64,000 nucleotides of DNA, taken from the NCBI GenBank assembly GCA_051362555.1, contig CM120641.1:19840001-19904000 (forward strand), given 5' to 3'. Position numbers and translations under genes: made by a program. The DNA is from Lingula anatina (Eukaryota; Animalia; Brachiopoda). Each line of letters opens with the position of its first letter. Within the stretch, counting starts at the first letter, position 1. Below are positions 51,361 to 64,000 of the stretch, one piece after another. The notes beneath the pieces were generated by a model. It was given only the letters and a program-made list of their open reading frames with translations, was not told where the DNA came from and did not search any database.

Positions 51361-52245
51361 TCTGATAACACCTAAGGTGCCAGAGAGTTAAATGGTTGTT
51401 GAGATGACCTGCGATTGGGGATATTATTAATGAAAATCTGTTATCAGTACTGCACGTTAAAATTCACATCCAGTACAAGCTTCTGTTGAGAATAAATAAC
51501 CTTAGTCATGATAACTGAAGTGAGTGAAAGAACCAATGCGTGACAGTTTCATACGTTAGCACTCATATTTACGCTTTCTGATATGTACTGTTACGTCTAT
51601 CATTCATCCGTTATAGCACAGTATAGTACGTAACAGAAAACGTGGAGCATGTAACTTCGTGCTACCGAAGGTCATGTGGCAGTGTCCCTAGTGGTGACAA
51701 AAGTCAAATGACAGCTCATTAATATGTTCGATAATGTTGACATAAACGTGACTGCTTCAGTCCTGCACCACCGTCCCACTCTTAACACAGATTCTTAATG
51801 TCACTGTGAGCGAAAAATGTCACATGGATTAATGTGGTATACACTGGACTACCTTAATTAATACCAGCAACTCAATCAAAATTGCATTTTGAGCTGTAAG
51901 TAGTTGAAATACTGACATGTCTTTTTAATCTTATGTATCAACTAAAAAGCCATTGAAATGTCAGCAATATTCCCATTTATTACCAAGGTACATTTCCTAA
52001 AAGAATTAGAAACTTAGCACTCAAAAGCTGGATCAAACTCCAAAACAAACTTTTGTAAAAAAAAAAATTGCCATGTGGTGAAGGAAAAGAGTTGAAATTT
52101 TTATTATTTTTGTCTTGTTTTTAAAAAGTAAGTGTGACTTACATTCTTGGCTTTAAGAGCTATTGCTAGATTATGTTTTTAAATCTAATCATTTTATTTC
52201 AGGCAGTATAGTTGCACCTATTGCAGCTGAGTGAACTTCCTAGTC

Positions 52246-55884
<3,639 letters not shown>

Positions 55885-57779
55885 CCCAAAGAGGCAGTGA
55901 ATTTCTGGTGAAGTATTCAAATGTCAAGATCAAACAGGAAATCAAATGGGACACGCAGGCCAGCTGTACATTTGGAAAGATAAATTACTGAATAGCATCG
56001 ACAGTCTGATGATTGCAATAAAAAGAAATTGAAAGAATTTCAGTCTACTTAAGACTATAAAGATGTGGAATCTGTGTTGAAAACAACACAATTTATAATG
56101 TAGAGAGTTCTTCAACTTTCTTGTAAAATAAAATATATCTTTCCTCCAATTTCAATAATGCTTAATAATAATGATGGGCATCCAAATCAGGCTATTCCAT
56201 GACTGATGCTGAAATGCTCCAAAATATTCATGGCTGAAGTTTGAAAGATAATCCCTGTGTAAAGTAATCATTGGTTTCAGACATTCCCTCTCTGCCTTTA
56301 AAATAAGGATGCCCAAATTTCACAGACATTATGAAATGTGATAAAATGAAATAACTGACAACAGGTCTCCAAAATATTTTCTTTTATTGAAACCAGGCAT
56401 TGACAAAAATGAAAATGGCCAGTCGTTGTTATGTCCAGGTGCTAGTGATTAAATATAATACAAATAATATTCAATGCTAAAATTGTAGAGCATTTTTCTA
56501 AATAAGTAGTAAAATGGCCTTAAGTCTCTAAACATTAAGCTGTTTGATAAGTCGACTTATTTTCTCATTCAATGTATGTGTAAACAAATGAGACTGTGTT
56601 GATATGCTACCACAAGATTACTCAGAATATTGCCACTATTCAGGTTGCAGACATTCGCTCAAGTGACACTGCTCAACTTCCCAAAATCCATACTTCAAGC
56701 CCAAATAAAAAGCGCAAGCCTCTGGCTCACAATGCAAATTCAATTATTATCTTACACTTGAACTACCATGCATTTTTAAAAGTACACCATTTTAATTAAT
56801 TACTAGGTATCAAAAAGAGCACCAACATCTTCAAAATATACAGACATGTTAGCTTTCTATAGAGATAAGCCAGAAAATCTTTATCACAAACAATGTAGCT
56901 TTCAGAAACATATTGCACCATCTTGTGTCTTCCAATGAGACTTTCGTTTTATTAAGTACTCTTTTTCAAGCCACTCCATTTGAATTGATAACAATAAACA
57001 ATACAGTTGCAAGTACGAAATGAGTACAAACTTCTAGTAAGGGAAGATGCACAATACATTCGAATAATGCATAAAATTACCCTAAATGACATATGATATG
57101 TGTACTTCTTTCCACGGCAAAATATTTTAGAATGGCTTTTTAGCAAATATTTTCTCCAATAAAAAATGCATAAAAACAAAATGGCTCTTGTATGGGAAAT
57201 GATCATACAGTTAAGAGCAGTTAGTTCCTGTTTGTACATTTCCTAGCCACAAAGGTGAAATTCAAAATTCTATAAAAAATACAATACTGCTTCAAAACCA
57301 TAGAAGAGGATATATAAAACTATTTTCTAGTTATAATACTGGAAGACTTTGCCTTATATATTGCCCTTAAGATATGCTGTGAATGTGGTTATCATGAACT
57401 CAAAATGACTTCTTGATCACAGTAAGTGTGACTTTGAAATTAAAAATAAAAAAATAAAAAAACTTTGAAATTAGGCAGCACAGATTTAAGTGTTTGATGA
57501 ACACAGCAGGTCACATTTCTCAATGTGGAAAAATGCCTATAAACTTTTCAAAAAGATTTCAGAATAATTTCCTTCACAGGGGTTGTACTTTGTACTCAGT
57601 ATAAAAAGTATTTGTTACCAATGTACATTAAGATGTACTTTTAGAAACACCCAAGTCATTTGTCCACTGCTGATATATTAAATGAAAAGCAGCAAATTGA
57701 TCCTTCTAGATCAAACTGCCAGACTTCGACACAATAAAAAGGAATGAAAATACTGGAAAATATTGTTTGTTTAGCTGAT

Positions 57780-63838
<6,059 letters not shown>

Positions 63839-64000
63839 CTACAGTAGACCAAAAGCATGAAATTCTGCCATAGTGAATAAATTATTTATCTCTTCATAGA
63901 GACAATAATAGTTTCTTCAAACAACATCCTTTTTTTATTCTGTTCTGCCATTTGCAATCCAACAATTGCATTACAATTATTGCTCAAAGAAACTATTATT

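Noticed and set aside
40491-51371. Numerous 60-107-aa ORFs
   Set aside because: Composition typical of random AT-rich sequence, with no domains or consistent exon chain.

Overview
AT-rich, intron-containing animal genomic DNA. It is an invertebrate, and the repeat types suggest a mollusc or other lophotrochozoan (inference). It is not prokaryotic, so most entries in the ORF track are either single exons or noise. I reconstructed seven spliced genes by hand from GT-AG sites and reading-frame phase: MGAT1 (+, 5' end not found), PSTPIP1-like F-BAR/SH3 (-), RNF180-like RING E3 (+), a six-EF-hand calmodulin-like protein (-), a PEAK1/pragmin-like pseudokinase (-), HMG20A/B-like (+) and the 3' part of a MEGF10/11/Draper-like receptor (-). 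Non-autonomous DNA transposons include a PIF/Harbinger element, two Helentron/HINE-type elements with internal satellites, a mariner-derived fold-back and CAGG-ended MITEs. The most notable observations are: PSTPIP1-PEAK1-HMG20 linkage with PEAK1/HMG20 head-to-head as at human 15q24; the three-lobed calmodulin-like protein; a phase-incompatible MGAT1 stem exon; direct repeats flanking the MEGF transmembrane exon; a transposon array of DR1 nuclear-receptor sites; and a 110-bp-arm hairpin in the likely PEAK 3' UTR. I found no convincing wholly new biological system. All homology calls come from recalled family motifs, not database searches.
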